Source: Chiloscyllium plagiosum
Taxonomy: Eukaryota
Assembly: GCF_004010195.1 (NCBI RefSeq)
Contig: NC_057718.1
Span: 70,453,025-70,517,024 of the forward strand
Length of the DNA stretch: 64,000 bases
Reading direction: 5' to 3'
Numbering within the stretch: position 1 is the first letter of the stretch; the number at the start of each line of letters is the position of its first letter. Both the position numbers and the translations under genes were made by a program. The notes beneath the pieces were generated by a model. The model ran no database searches. It was not told the DNA's origin and worked only from the letters and a program-made list of their open reading frames with translations. Below are positions 23,700-36,271 of the stretch, piece after piece.

Positions 23700-25890
23700 A
23701 AACACAAGAGGGAGAATGGATACTGCAGGTGCCAACTTGTTAGAAGTAAGATTGCACATGGTCAGGTCATCAGGGACACCACTGCAGAAGCAATATGAAA
23801 GACGAAAAGCACACTGAGGGACTTGCAGCTTGTCAGGTCCCATGGGTCACACATAAGGCCACAGAAGCAGTTCCTTCAAGACTTAGACTGCAACTTTCCC
23901 TTCTTCTACTCACTGTGGAAGAGCAAGGGAAACCACAAACAGCTGCTCACTCTGTTGGCTGACATGGAAGGTGTCATACCTTCGATCCAAGCTTATGGTG
24001 CTTTGTTTTCTCCAGATTCACCTTATGGAATGGTTGCAGAATTTTATTGGAGGATTTCACCCATCAGCCCACAACATGCCAAGAAACTCAATGCCTCATT
24101 TAGTAGGTCAGAGCTGACCAGCATCCTCAAGAAATTATCATGGGGTAAGTCACTAGAGCTGGTCAGCCTGATTAGGGTGTTCTGGGATGTTATAATTCAA
24201 CTTATAGTCACCATGTTGTGCTGCTGGTTGGTCATTTTAATCCTTCCCCTGGAGTTTGTTGCGAAGGTACAGGAGAAGTTAATTGATTTCTTTTGGAACA
24301 AAAAGATGCACAGCATTGCTGCTGAAGTACTGAACCTCCCAATTTCGGACAGTGCTGCAGGGTTAGTGTGCCTTTGCACCAAGATGATTTAGTTTCTTTA
24401 AAGAGGTACTCTTATATCAAGCCCCGTTCTAGCTGATGTGCTTTCACACCATATTTATTCTGCCAGATGTACAGTTCTCAGTTATGGCATGCAGATCCAG
24501 TTTATTGACCTGGGATGTCTCTGTGCCTTCTTGTGGGATTTGTTTGACTTTTACCACGAGCCAATTAAAATCTGTAACATAGTTTCCTGAAACTAGAGCT
24601 TCTTCCCAATGGCAGCAATGGAGCTCTCATAGGAAATTAGAAATCCACACTCCACCAATATAAGTCCATGAAGCTGATGGAAGGGAGAGCTCAGGCAGCT
24701 GGGCAGCCAGAGTTAGGGACATTTTAAATGGTGGAAGAGCAGGCTAGATGTCACCAGAAGAATGTGTGAGTTGTATGCGAGTGTCCAATCTACAAGTAAA
24801 TGATCTAGAAAACATAGTGCACAGCCTTCACTGCAATTATGGTATCAGGCAGTTTTATCATATGCTGTCCAAACTGAAACCATTCAGAATTATTCATTAG
24901 CCCCAGGTTCAAAACTATCCTCTGAAACTTAGGCACTGCAATTTGAGCCATCTTGCAGAAATTCCCAATGTCTCATTCCAATCTGTGCAAAAGGGTTTCT
25001 TGTAATATCTAGAGTTTTGTACCCTCCACTTCCTCACCATAATTGGCCATTCAACATATTGTGGCATTCCTGATCAGTCATCCAAAGAAGGCAAAAAGCC
25101 CTAATAGATGACTCTCCATGTGAGAGCTCTCCTCTTTGACATCATTTGATATGATGGGTGTTGCATGCAGCCGTTCTGTAAACTGTAGGTTAAGTGACTC
25201 AAGACTTCTTAACCCTGAGGATTCCAGATTTTCTTTTACTAGATTCCCTATAGCGTGGAAACAGCCCCATCGGCCCAACACATCCACACTGATCCTCCGA
25301 AGAATAACCCTCTGACTAATGCACCTAACACTATGGGCAATTTAGTATGGCCAATTCACCCAACCTGCACATCTTTGGACTGTGGGAGGAAACCCATGCA
25401 AACTCCTTAAAGACAGCCGCCCAAGGCTGGTATCGAACCTGGGTCCCTGGCAATATGAGGCAGCAGTGCTAACCACTGAGCCACCCTGCCACTCATGTTT
25501 ACTAAGATTGTGTATGAGGTAGCAGCCCCCTGTGCATTATTTGAGGGGGTTGCTACTCAGATTTCAGTTGCAATTCAGCGCCATGTTGTTGGCTTTTGGC
25601 CATACATTGCTTGACAGATCATGGAAAATCAGTTGCTCTCCCTATGTGTCCACTTCTTGAACCTGGCCAGGGAGGCAATAAACAAGTCCGGGCAGCAGGT
25701 ACTTGAGGGAGTCATTTGTCCTGATTGCTTGCCCCTCTTTCAAAATTACATTCGTACTTGGGTGTACAGTATGCTTGAGCCTCCCACAACCAGTGGACAA
25801 TACAGTACATCTTCTTCCCCAAACATGATTTCATTTGATAAGTTTCCTTTCAGTTGTGTTTTTGTACACAAGGGAAGGTCCTTTAATTAA
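23700..25890 (+). mobile_element. Tx1-clade LINE ORF2 remnant, old
   Basis: KVQEKLIDFFWNKKMHSIAAEVLNLPISDSAAGLVCL and LNLAREAINKSGQQVLEGVICPDCLPLFQNYIRTWV resemble Tx1 ORF2 post-RT and C-terminal segments (recognition from memory). Confidence 0.7.
25240..25492 (-). mobile_element. HE1-like SINE, internally deleted
   Basis: Reverse complement of the SINE head (TGGCTCAGTGGTTAGCACTGCTGCC) and tail. Confidence 0.88.
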
Positions 25891-25937
25891 TTAGCTTACC
25901 TGTTTTTCTTGAAGCATCACAGAATATGAAGACAAAC

Positions 25938-26460
25938 TGTAATCCAAGATGGAGGATGGGAGAAAATTGCGGTTGTGAAAGTTGCTCCTTTTTTGAGGTA
26001 TTTTAGGTGTTAGAGGTAATTTCCTCAAATTCCAGGAGCAGCAATTCCTGTTTTATATGCTATTGCATTATTTTGGAACTTTGGGGAAAAAAGTCAAAAC
26101 ACTTCAGAAAGAGAGAAGAACAGACAAAGGGCAATGAGCACATGATCAGTGAGGGATAGAGAGAAAGAAACCTACACTGCTAACTGACACAACAGTGAAT
26201 TTGCACAGTTATTGCCTTTGTTGTTTGAGTTAATATATCTCTGGACAGCAGAGTATGTCTAGGAAAAATTAACAAACAGTGAAATTCACAGCTGACCTTG
26301 GAGGAAACTATGTGGGAGAACTCACAGCACAGGAACAAAGAAGTGCATAGTTTTTAACAAGTAACCTTGCTGTGTGTCTACAGTAGTGAGAAGAGTGGGT
26401 TCTTTCTTGATTATATCTTTTATTGAAATCTTGATTAAATTTCAAAAATACAAAACGGAA
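25938..26460 (+). repeat. Unclassified repeat, probable retroelement 5' region
   Basis: Second copy of 455-718; directly upstream of a CR1 endonuclease segment. Confidence 0.6.
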
Positions 26461-27216
26461 TTACTAGGTTAGCCTGGTGAACTTGCAGCATGAGTTGATA
26501 CCTGGGATTTCAATGTTGTGACCATTTCAGAGACATGGGTAGAGCAGGGACAGGCATGGTTATTACAGATCCTGGGATTTAGATATTTCAGTAAGAACAG
26601 AGAAAATGGTAAAAGAGGTGGTGGTGTGGCACTGTTAACCAAGGGCAGTATTGCGGTTGCAGGAAGGACGTTTGAGGGCTCATCTACTGAGGTAGTATAA
26701 GAAGTTATTAGAAACAGGAAAGGAGAAGTTACCCTGTTGAGAGTTTTCTATAGGCCTCCAAATAGTTCCAGAGATGTAGGGGATAGGATAGCAAAGATAA
26801 TCCTCGATAGCAGTGAGAGTGACAGAGTAGTTGTTATGGAAGACTTTAACTTTCCAATATTGACTGGGAATTCCATAGTTTAAGTACTTTAGGTGGGTCC
26901 GTTTTTGTCCAATGTGTGCAGAAGGATTTCCTGATGCAATATGTAGACATGACAACAAGGGGCGAGGCCACATTAGATTTGGTGCTCGGTAATGAACCAG
27001 GCCAGGTGTTAGATTTGGAGGTAGGTGAACACTTTGATGATAGTGACCACAATTCAATTATGTTTACTTTCATGATGGAAAAGGATGGATGTATACCGCA
27101 GGGCAAGAGTTACAGCTGGTAGAAAGGCAATTATGATGCAATTAGGAAAGATTTAGGATGCATAGGATGGGGAAGGAAACTGCAGACGATGTGCAAAATT
27201 GAAATGTGGAACTTAT

Positions 27217-28072
27217 CGAAGCTGCATCAGAACATTATTTCAATGAGCCAACACACACTGCAGCACAGTGGAACTGCACAGGGCAGAGGAAAATCACCTA
27301 TACCGTGTATTAAAAAAGAACGGGTACCCAATGAACACAATCCACCGATCTCTCAGCAGCAAACCCAAACAAGTGAACAAAACACGTCCAGAAACCCTAG
27401 CCACTCTCCCCTACATCAAAGACATCTCAGACATCTCAGAAATGACTGCCAGACTACTCAGACCCCTTAGCATCATGGTGGCCCAGAAACGCACCAACAC
27501 ACTAAAGCAGCAGCTAATGAACTTGAAAGACCCTATACAAACAACAAGTAAAACTAATGTCATTTACAAAATACAGTGAAAGAATTGTAATAAACACTAC
27601 ATTGGACAAACAGGCAGAAAACTAGCCATCAGGATATACGAACACCAACTAGCCACAAAATGACATGACCCTCTCTCACTAGTGTCCTTACATACAGATA
27701 AGGAAGGACACCACTTCGACTGGGACAAGACATCCATCTAGGACAAGCCAAACAAAGACATGCACAAGAATTCCTAGAAGCATGGTATTCTAACTGGAAC
27801 TCTATCAACAAACACATCACGTTAGACCCCATCTACCACCCTCTGAGAAAAAGAACAGGAAATGACATCAACAAAGGAAATGACATCACAAACCCAAAGA
27901 AACCCAAATATATAAAGAGAAAACAGGAATCATGTACACTGCTTCGCTGGAGGCCCACTGAAGATGTTGCCTAGTAGGGTGACAAAACGTCTGGAAATGA
28001 ACCTGCCAGCTCAGCGAGCAAATCTACATCCAGAACCTTAACCTGAGCTACAAATCATCTCAAAACTCGCTA
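27217..28072 (+). mobile_element. Penelope-like element (Poseidon/Penelope-type), 5'-truncated, decayed, with family D hammerhead
   Basis: KNGYP..TLPYIKDISE..NVIYKIQ*KNCNKHYIGQTGRKL (GIY-YIG); 10-bp TSD TGGAACTTAT at 27207-27216 and 28073-28082. Confidence 0.92.
27955..27994 (+). ncRNA. Minimal hammerhead motif, family D, core G mutated
   Basis: CCA-CTGAAGA-T-GTTGCC-TAGTAG-GGTGAC-AAAA-CG-TC^TGG; stem I CCA/TGG; GAAA changed to AAAA. Confidence 0.7.
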
Positions 28073-28217
28073 TGGAACTTATTCAAGGACCAGCTACTGC
28101 GGGTCCTTGATAGGAATGTACCGGTCAGGCAGGGAGGACATTGTCGAGCGCGGGTGCCATGGTTTACTAAGGAAGTTGAATCTCTCTTCAAGAGAAAGAA
28201 AAAGGCTTATATTAGGA

Positions 28218-28488
28218 CGGGCACCAAGGACCCGGGTTCAATTCCAGCCTCGGGCAACTGTCTGTGCGGAGTTTGAACACTCTCCCAGTGTGGGTTTCCT
28301 CTGGGTGCTCTGGTTTCCTCCCATAGTCCAAAGATGTGCAGGTTAGGTGAAATGGCCATGCTAAATTGCCCATAGTGTTAAGTGCATTAGTCAGAGGGAA
28401 ATGGGTCTGGGTGGTTACTCTTCGTAGGGTGGATGTGGACTTGTTGGGCCGAAGGGCCTGTTTCCACACGGTAGGGAATTTAATCTCT
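28218..28488 (+). mobile_element. HE1-like SINE, 5'-truncated
   Basis: B-box GGTTCAATTCC, body and CR1-like tail. Confidence 0.88.
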
Positions 28489-31400
28489 CAGGTCGATCGA
28501 GTTGTGTATAATGACGAAGAATGTTGTAAGTTACAGAGAGACATAGATAGGCTGCAGAGCTGGGCTGAGAAGTGGCAAATGGAGTTTAACACAGAAAAGT
28601 GTGAGGTGATTCACTTTGGAAGGAGTAAGAGGAATGCGGAGTACTGGGCTAATGGTAAGATTCTTGGTAGTGTAGATGAACAGAGAGATCTCAGAGTCCA
28701 GGTACATAAATCCTTGAAATTTGCCACTCAGGTTGACAGGGTAACTAAGAAGGCTATTATTAGTAGAAGGATTGAGTTTTGGAACCATGAGATCATGCTA
28801 CAGCTATACAAAACTCTGGTGTGGCCACATTTGGAGTATTGCATATAGTTCTGGTCGCCGCATTATAGAAAGGATGTGGAAGCTTTGGAAAGGGTTCAGA
28901 GGAGATTTACAAGGATGTTGCCTGGTATGGAGGGAAAGTTTTATGAGGAAAGGCTGAGGGACCTAAGGCTATTTTCATTAGAAAGAAGGTTGAGAGGCAA
29001 CTTAATTGAGACATATAAGATAATCGGAGGGTTAGATAAATTGGACAGAGACAGTCTTTTTTCTTGGATGGCAATGGTTAGCACGAGGGGACAGTTTGAA
29101 ATTGAAGGTTGATAGACACAGGACAGATGTCAGAGGCTTGTTTCTTTACTCAGAGAGTAGTTAGAGTGTGGAATGCACTGCCTGCAACAGTAGCAGACTA
29201 GCCAAATTTAAGGGCATTTAAATGGTCATTGGATAGGCATATGGATGACAATGGAATAGTGTAGGTTAAATGGGCTTCGGATTGATTCCACAGGTCAGCA
29301 CAACATCAAGGGCCAAAGGGCCTGTACTGCGCTTGAATGTATCTGAGTTCTATGTTCTAGCATTTTTTTTAGAGCAATAAGACGGTGCTATTTTCTGGGT
29401 CTGAAGATTGTGAAGGGGCAAAGATGGCCTTCAGTAGAGTAATGTGCTCTTCTGTTGGATGTGGGAGTTTACAGCAAGTTTCCGTGTTAGTGATGATTAT
29501 GTCTGCAGTAACTGTCTTTGGTTGCGAATTCTATCAGATCGCATGAATCAGTTAGAGGCAATGAGGAATTTACAAGAGCTAGTGGGTGTGATGGATGGCA
29601 GTTATAGGAAGGGAGAAAAGTCACAGATACAGTCGGGTAGATGGGTTAACTCCAAAAAAGGTAGGAGGGAAAGGCAGGTAGTGCATGAGTCTTCTGAGGC
29701 TATCCCCATTTCAAACAAGTATGATGTTTCTGGCATTGAGACAGGCATTAATGTAAAGAGGGGTATGTCGGGTTTCAAGCAAACAATTATGATAGGGGAC
29801 TCTCTGGTCACAACCACAAACAGATGTTTCTGCAGCCAGCAGTGAAAAATCAGAATGGTGCATTGCCTCCCTGCTGCCAGGATCAAGGATGTCTCAGACA
29901 GGGTGCAGAATGTTCTTAAAGGGGAGAGGGACCAGCAAGAGGTCATTATACACAGTGGAACTAATGACATAGGAAGGGGAAAAGATGAGATTCTGAAGGG
30001 AGAATATAGAAAGTTAGGCAGGAATTTAAAAAGGAGGTCCTTGAGAGTAGCAATATCTGGATTACTCCTGATGCTGAGAGCTAATGAGGGTAGGAAGAGT
30101 AGGATAGAGCAGATGTGTGCGTGGCTGAGGAGCTGGTATATGGGAAAAGGATTCACATTTTTGGATCATTGGAATCTCTGTTGGGGTAGATGTGACCTGT
30201 ACAAGAAGGATGGATTACATCTGAATTGGAAGGGGACTAATATACTGGCAAGATTTGCTAGAGCTGCTCGGGAGGATTTAAACTAGGAAGTTGGGGTGGG
30301 TGGGACCCAGGAAAATAGCGAAGAAAGAGTTCAATCTGAGACTGGTATAGTTGGCAAAATGAACAAGTCGAACAGTCAGGGCAGGCAGGAACAAAGCAGA
30401 GAACAAGTTAGGACTGATAATTAAACTTCAATGCAAGAGGCCTAACAGGGAAGGCAGGTGAACTCAAATGAACTAGGTTAGGAACAAGGGACTGGGATAT
30501 CATAGTAAATACAGAAACATGGTTCAGGGATGGACAGGACTGGCAGCTTAATGTTCCAGGATACAAATGCTACAGGAAGGATAGAAAGGGGAGAGGTGGG
30601 GGCAAGACAGGAGGGGGAGCAGCATTTTTGATAAGGGATAGCGTTACAGCTGTACCGAGGGAGGATATTCCTGGGAATACATCCAGGGAAGTTATTTGGG
30701 TGAAACTGAAAAATAAGAAAGGGATGATCACCTTATTGGGATTGTATTATAGACTCCCTAATAGTCAGCAGGAAGTTCAGAAACAAATTTGTAAGGAGAT
30801 CTCAGTTATCGTTAAGAATAATAGGGTGGTTATGGTAGGGGATTTTAACTTTCTAAACATAGACTAGGAATGCCATAGTGTTAAGAGTTTGGATGGAGAA
30901 GAATTTGTTAAGTGTGTACAATTCAGTATGTGAATGTACCTTCTACAGAAGGTGCAACACTCAACCTACTCATGGGAAATAATGCAGGGCAGGTGATTGA
31001 GGCATCAGTGGGGGAGCACTTTGGGGCCAGCGACCATATTCTATTAGTTTTAAAATAATGATGGAAAAGGATAAACCGGATCTAAAAGTTGAATATCTAA
31101 ATTGGAGGAAGACTAATTTTAACGATATTAGGCAAGAGCTGATTGGGGACAATTGTTTGCAGATAAACAGATGGCTGGAAAATAGGAAGCCTTCAAAAAT
31201 GAGGTAATGAGAGTCCAAAGAGTGTATATTCCTGTTGGGTGAAAGGAAAAGTTGGTAGGTGTAGGGAATGCTGGATGACTAAAGAAATTGAGGGTTTGGC
31301 TAAGAAAAAGAAGGAAGCATATGTCAGGTTAGAACAGGATAGATCAAGTGAATCCTTAGAGTATAGGCAGTGGGAGTATACTTAAGAGGGAAATCAGGAG

Positions 31401-31939
31401 GGCAAGAAGGGGACATGAGATAGCTTTGGCAAATAGGGTTAAGGCGAATCCAAAGGGTTTTTATAAATTCATTAAGGACAAAAGGGTAACTAGTGAAAGA
31501 ATAGAGCCCCTCAAAGATCAGCAAGGCAGCCTATGCGTGGAGCCGCAGGAGATGGGAGAGATACTAAATGAGTATTTTGCATCAGTGTTTACTGTGGAGA
31601 AAAATAAGAAAGATAAAGAATGTGGGAAAATAGATTTTGAAACATGTCCAAATTATGCAGGAGGAGCTCCTGGATGTCTTGGAATGCACAAAAGTGGATA
31701 AATTCCCAGGACCTGATCAGGTATACCCTGGAACCCTGTGGGAAGCTAGAGAAGTGATTGCTGGGTCCTTTGCTGAGATATTTGTATCATCAATAGTCAC
31801 AGGGGAGGTGCCAGAAGACTGGAGATTGGCTAATGTGGTGCCACGGTTTAAGAAGGGTGGTAAGGACAAGCCAGTGAGCCTGACATCGGTGGTGGGCAAG
31901 TTGTTAGAGGGAATCCTGATGGACCGGGATTTAAATCTA

Positions 31940-32112
31940 CAGAGGAACCTCAATTATCCGGCATTCGATTAACTAAATTTCAGATTATCTGAACAAGATC
32001 GCAAGGTCCCGATGCTTGGCTAACTATGTTATCCAGCATCGATTATCCAGCATTCAATTAACCAAGAGAAATACTCCCAGCCCGTGTCCTTTGGATAATC
32101 GAGGTTCCTATG
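31940..32112. mobile_element. Tc1/mariner (Tigger/pogo-like) MITE, 173 bp
   Basis: TA|CAGAGGAACCTCAATTATCC ... GGATAATCGAGGTTCCTATG|TA: 20-bp TIRs with 2 mismatches, TA target duplication, internal repeats of GATTATCC; inserted in CR1 ORF2. Confidence 0.85.
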
Positions 32113-32396
32113 TATTTGGAAAGGCAGGGATTGATTAGGAATAGTCAACATGGCTTTGTATGTGGGAAATCATGGCTCATGAACTTGACTGAGTTTATTG
32201 AAGAAGTAACAAAGAGGATTGATGAGCACAGAGTGGTGGACGTGATCTTTCTGGACTTTTGTCAGGCGTTCAACAAGGTTCCTCATGAGAGACTAGTTAG
32301 CAAGGTTAGATCTCATGGATTACAGGGAGAACTCACCATTTGGATACAGAACTAGGTGGTGGTGGTGGACAGTTGGTTTTCAGACTGGAGGCCTGT

Positions 32397-32708
32397 GATT
32401 AGATTATTTACAGTGTAGAAACAGGCTCTTCAGCCCAACAAGTCCACACTGACCCGCCAAAGCACAACCCACCCAGACCCATTCCCCTACATTTACCCCT
32501 TCACCTAACACTACGGGCAATTTAGCGTGGCCAATTCACTAACCTGCACATTTTTGGACTGTGGGAGGAAACCGGAGCACCCGGAGGAAACCCACGCAGA
32601 CACGGGGAGAATGTGCAAACTCCACACAGTCAGTCGCCTGAATTGGGAATTGAACCCGGATCTCTGGCACTGTGAGGCAGCAGTACTAACCACTGTGCCA
32701 CCGTGCCG
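32397..32708 (-). mobile_element. HE1-like SINE nested in CR1 RT
   Basis: Full head-body-tail on the minus strand; TGTGA on both sides. Confidence 0.93.
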
Positions 32709-33949
32709 TGTGACCAGTGGTGTGCCACAAGGATCGGTGCTGGATCAACTACTTTTCATCATTTATATAAATGATTTGGATGTGAACATAGGAGGTACAG
32801 TTAGTAAGTTTGCAGATGACACAAAAATTGGAGGTGTAGTGGACAGCAAAGAAGGTTATCTCAGAGTACAATGGGATCTTGATCAGATGGGCCAATGGGC
32901 TGAGTGGCAGATGGAGTTTAATTTAGATATATGTGAGGTGCTGCAGTTTGGAAAGGCAAATCAGAGCAGGACTTACACACTTAATGGTAAGGTCCTGGGG
33001 AGTGTTGCTGAGCAAAGAGACCTTGGAGTGCAAGTTCATAACTCCTTGAAAGTAGAGTCGTAGGTAGATAGGACAGTGAAGAAGACTTTTGGTATACTTT
33101 CCTTTATTGGTCAGAGTATTGAGTATAGGAGTTAGGGGGGGTCATGTTGCAGCTGTACAGGACATTGGTTAGGCCACTTTTGGAATATTGCGTGCAATTC
33201 TGGTCTCCTTCCTATTGGGAGGAAGATGTGAAATTTGAAAGGATTCAGAAAAGACATTCAAAGATGTTGCCAGGGTCGGAGAATTTGAGGTGTAAGGAGA
33301 GACTGAAAAGCTTGGGGCTGTTTTCCCTGGAGCTTCAGAAGCTAAGGGGTGACTTAATAGAGGTTTATAAAATCCTGAGGGGCATGGATAGGATAAATAG
33401 ATAAGGTCTTTTCATTGGGGTGGGGGAGTCCAGGGTATAGAGGGGAAAGATTTAAAGGTATCTCAGGAGCAAGCTTTTCACACAGAAGATGGTGCATATA
33501 TGGAATGAGCTGCCAGTGGAAGTGGTGGAGGCATTTAAAAGTTATCTGGATGAGTTTATGAATAGAGGGATATGTTTAGTGGGATATGGACTAAGTGCTG
33601 GCAAACGGGATTAGATTAGATTAGAATATCTGGTTGGCATGGACAAGTTGGACCGTAGAGTCTGTTTCTGTGCTGTATATCTCTATGCATCTGTGTTGAT
33701 GAGTGCCACATGAACTGGAGAATATCTTCTCCCCCCAAAATGTTATTTTCATTTGTAAGTTTCATTTTAACTACTTTTTGTTAGAATGACCTGGAAATAG
33801 TCCTTTGACAAGGACTGGCCAATTATTTAATTTGTTTGTCCATTAATCGACACTCAAAATGAACAAATATGTATCAATGCTGGTGTGATTTGTACAGTTA
33901 GGAAATTAAGATTTGTCTCACTTTGTGAATGAATTGAAGTAAATAAATG

Positions 33950-35355
33950 AAATAAAACAGAGAATTACAGTGGGTCTCACATTAGTGGTAAGGAAACTAT
34001 TATAGAAAATTCTGAAGGAGAATCTCCATTTCGAGAAGCAAGGTTTGATCAGGAATAGGCAGCATGGATTTCTCAGAGGGAGGTCATGCCTAACAAATCT
34101 GTTTGAATTTTTCAAAGACCAAGTGTGTACATGAGGGTGGTGCAGTCGATGTCGTTTATATATATTTCATGCAGGCCTTTGACAAGTTTTCACATGAGAC
34201 TGATAAAGCAGGTATAAGCATATGGAATCCAGGGTAAACCAGCAAGTTGCATCCAATATTGACTCAGCAGCAGGAGGCAGAGGGTGGTGATGGAAGGCTG
34301 ATGTATGACTGGAGGCCAGCGTGTCATGATCTGGGGATCAGTGCTCAATCCCTTATTGTTTGTGATATATTTAACCAATGTAGATGAGAATGCTGGGTGT
34401 GGGGTTGGTGTGGGGGGATGGTAGAGGGGTGGGGGGGGGACGATATTTGGGGAGGAATGATAAGTAAGTTTTAGAAGACATGGAGATTGACCAGTAGGTT
34501 GACAATGAAGGAGAGGGTTTTAGCTTACAGGAGGATACAAACAGATTGGTCAGATGGGCAGATCAGAATTATATATAGAATTTAACCCTGATAATTGTGA
34601 GGTGATTCACTTTGGAAGAAATAACACAATAAGGGAGTACTCAATGAATGGCAAGACACTAGGAAATTCAGAGGAACAGAGGTATCTTGAGGTATTTATT
34701 CACAAATCCCTGAAGATGGCAGGGAAGGTTAACGGGATAAATAAGGCAGCACACAGGACACTTGCTTTTATCAGATGAGGCATTAATTATACGAGCAGGG
34801 ACATTGTATTGGAGCTGCACATGACTTTGTTTAGTCCATTGCTGGAGTAGTATGCTCATTTCTGGTCTCTGCACTCTAAGAAGGATGTGATTACACTGGA
34901 AATGGCACAGAGGAGATTTACCAGGATGTTACCTGGGATAGAACACTTTAGCTTGAAGAGAAACTGGATAAGGTCAGGTTCTTTTCTTTGGAGCAGAGAA
35001 GGTTGAGTGGATACCTAACAGAGTTATAGGAGGTTATCAAGAGCATGAACAGGATGAATAGAAAGTAGCTGTTCCTCTTAGTTGAAGAGTGTGTAACAAG
35101 GGAGTATAATTTTAAGGTGAAAGGCAGGGGGTTTCGAGGGAATTTGAGGAAAAATGTTTTCACCCAGAAGTTGGTAGGGCCTGGGAGGGTAGTTCAGGCT
35201 GGTAAACTTAAAAAAAACTTGAATGAACGCTTAAAATGTAAAAACATTCAGGGCTATGGGCAGAGTGCTGAAAGGAGAGATTAATGTACATTTGGTGGTA
35301 CAGACTTGGTGGACTGAAGGGGTTCTTCTGTACCATATGAATCTAAGATTCAATG
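33950..35355 (+). mobile_element. CR1 LINE RT-3' end (different subfamily), decayed
   Basis: QHGFLRGRSCLTNL, IEFNPDNCEVIHFG motifs. Confidence 0.88.
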
Positions 35356-35849
35356 AAAGTTCAATAAAATTAATTTCCGTTCTTCTTCTTCACCAATTGG
35401 CTGTATATGTTTAACACAGAGAAATTTGACTTTGGATGTTATCCCCAGCACTGACACCAGTAGTTTGAGTACTTTTAAAAACTTTGTATTCCTAGACTAA
35501 TTACGTAACAACAGTTAAAGTATCTGTACCTAAGTACGCTATACCAAAGATAGCACCAAAGCAGCAACATTACACACTTTTCACTGCACTCATTTGAGTG
35601 CATGTGACAATAAAAGGCTATTCTAAAGTCAATTACTGCTTGGAGAGCAAAATGCACTCAGGGGATTCTTGTTATATTTCTGGTCTTCAATTACTACTTA
35701 TTCCTTCTCTACTTGCATATTCTGAATCATAGAACACCAAGCTGAAACACAGTGCAGATAGAGTCATTTGGGTCATTGGGTCTGCATTGACCTTCAAAAG
35801 GGCATCCCACCCATACCCAAATCCCCTCCACCCTATCCTTGTAATGCCA

Positions 35850-36270
35850 TATTAACAGAAGAGAACAGAATATAGAATAACTTAACCTATCCAAAAACCC
35901 AACAGACTATCCCAACTTAAGGATGCTGTTCCAAATTCCAGCAACAATCCCCATACACACCCCTTGGCACTAAAGATAAAATCTCTACATGAGAGAGATG
36001 GCAGAGAGATTCAACATGGACCACATTCTTCCATGTAGTTGTTCCTTTGACCAGCAGCCTCAAAATGGACTGAACAGTCAGGCTGCTAAAACCCAAAACA
36101 AACCAGAGTAAAGCTGAGCTGGGAGAACTGGCCACACCCCTTTCATTATACAAGTGTATTTTTTTAAAACTTAAAAGCTTCTTCAAGTAGATCAGGACAG
36201 ACATTTCAGAACCTGTGTCTAGTAAAAGCCTTTTGAAACACAGCCTTGTTAAAGGAGCAGCAACATCACA
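35850..36270 (-). repeat. Possible LTR fragment
   Basis: Distinct composition block between CR1 pieces, minus strand begins TGTGATG; no partner LTR seen. Confidence 0.3.
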
Positions 36271-36271
36271 T

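Larger units (their letters stand above)
26470..29360 (+). mobile_element. CR1 LINE pieces (APE endonuclease; RT-3' tail) interrupted by a PLE and a SINE
   Basis: TISETW, RGGGVALL, TTRGEATLDLVL, DSDHN endonuclease motifs; later WQMEFNTEKCEVIHFG and TTCTATGTTCTA tail. Confidence 0.9.
29380..33695 (+). mobile_element. Near full-length CR1 LINE: ORF1 (Cys zinc-finger plus SGNH esterase) and ORF2 (APE-RT), decayed
   Basis: ORF1 YVCSNC, MIGDSLV, CLPAARIKDV, IHSGTNDIG, YKKDGLHLNWKGT; ORF2 MVGDFN, PGPDQVYP, PQGSVL..INDLD..KFADDTK; multiple stops and frameshifts. Confidence 0.93.

Noticed and set aside
27577..27579. In-frame TGA at the first Cys of the GIY-YIG CxxC, suggesting a selenocysteine-encoding PLE
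   Set aside because: The sister copy at ~45156 has TGC, and this copy has other stops and frameshifts, so it is most simply a decay mutation; no SECIS recognised.
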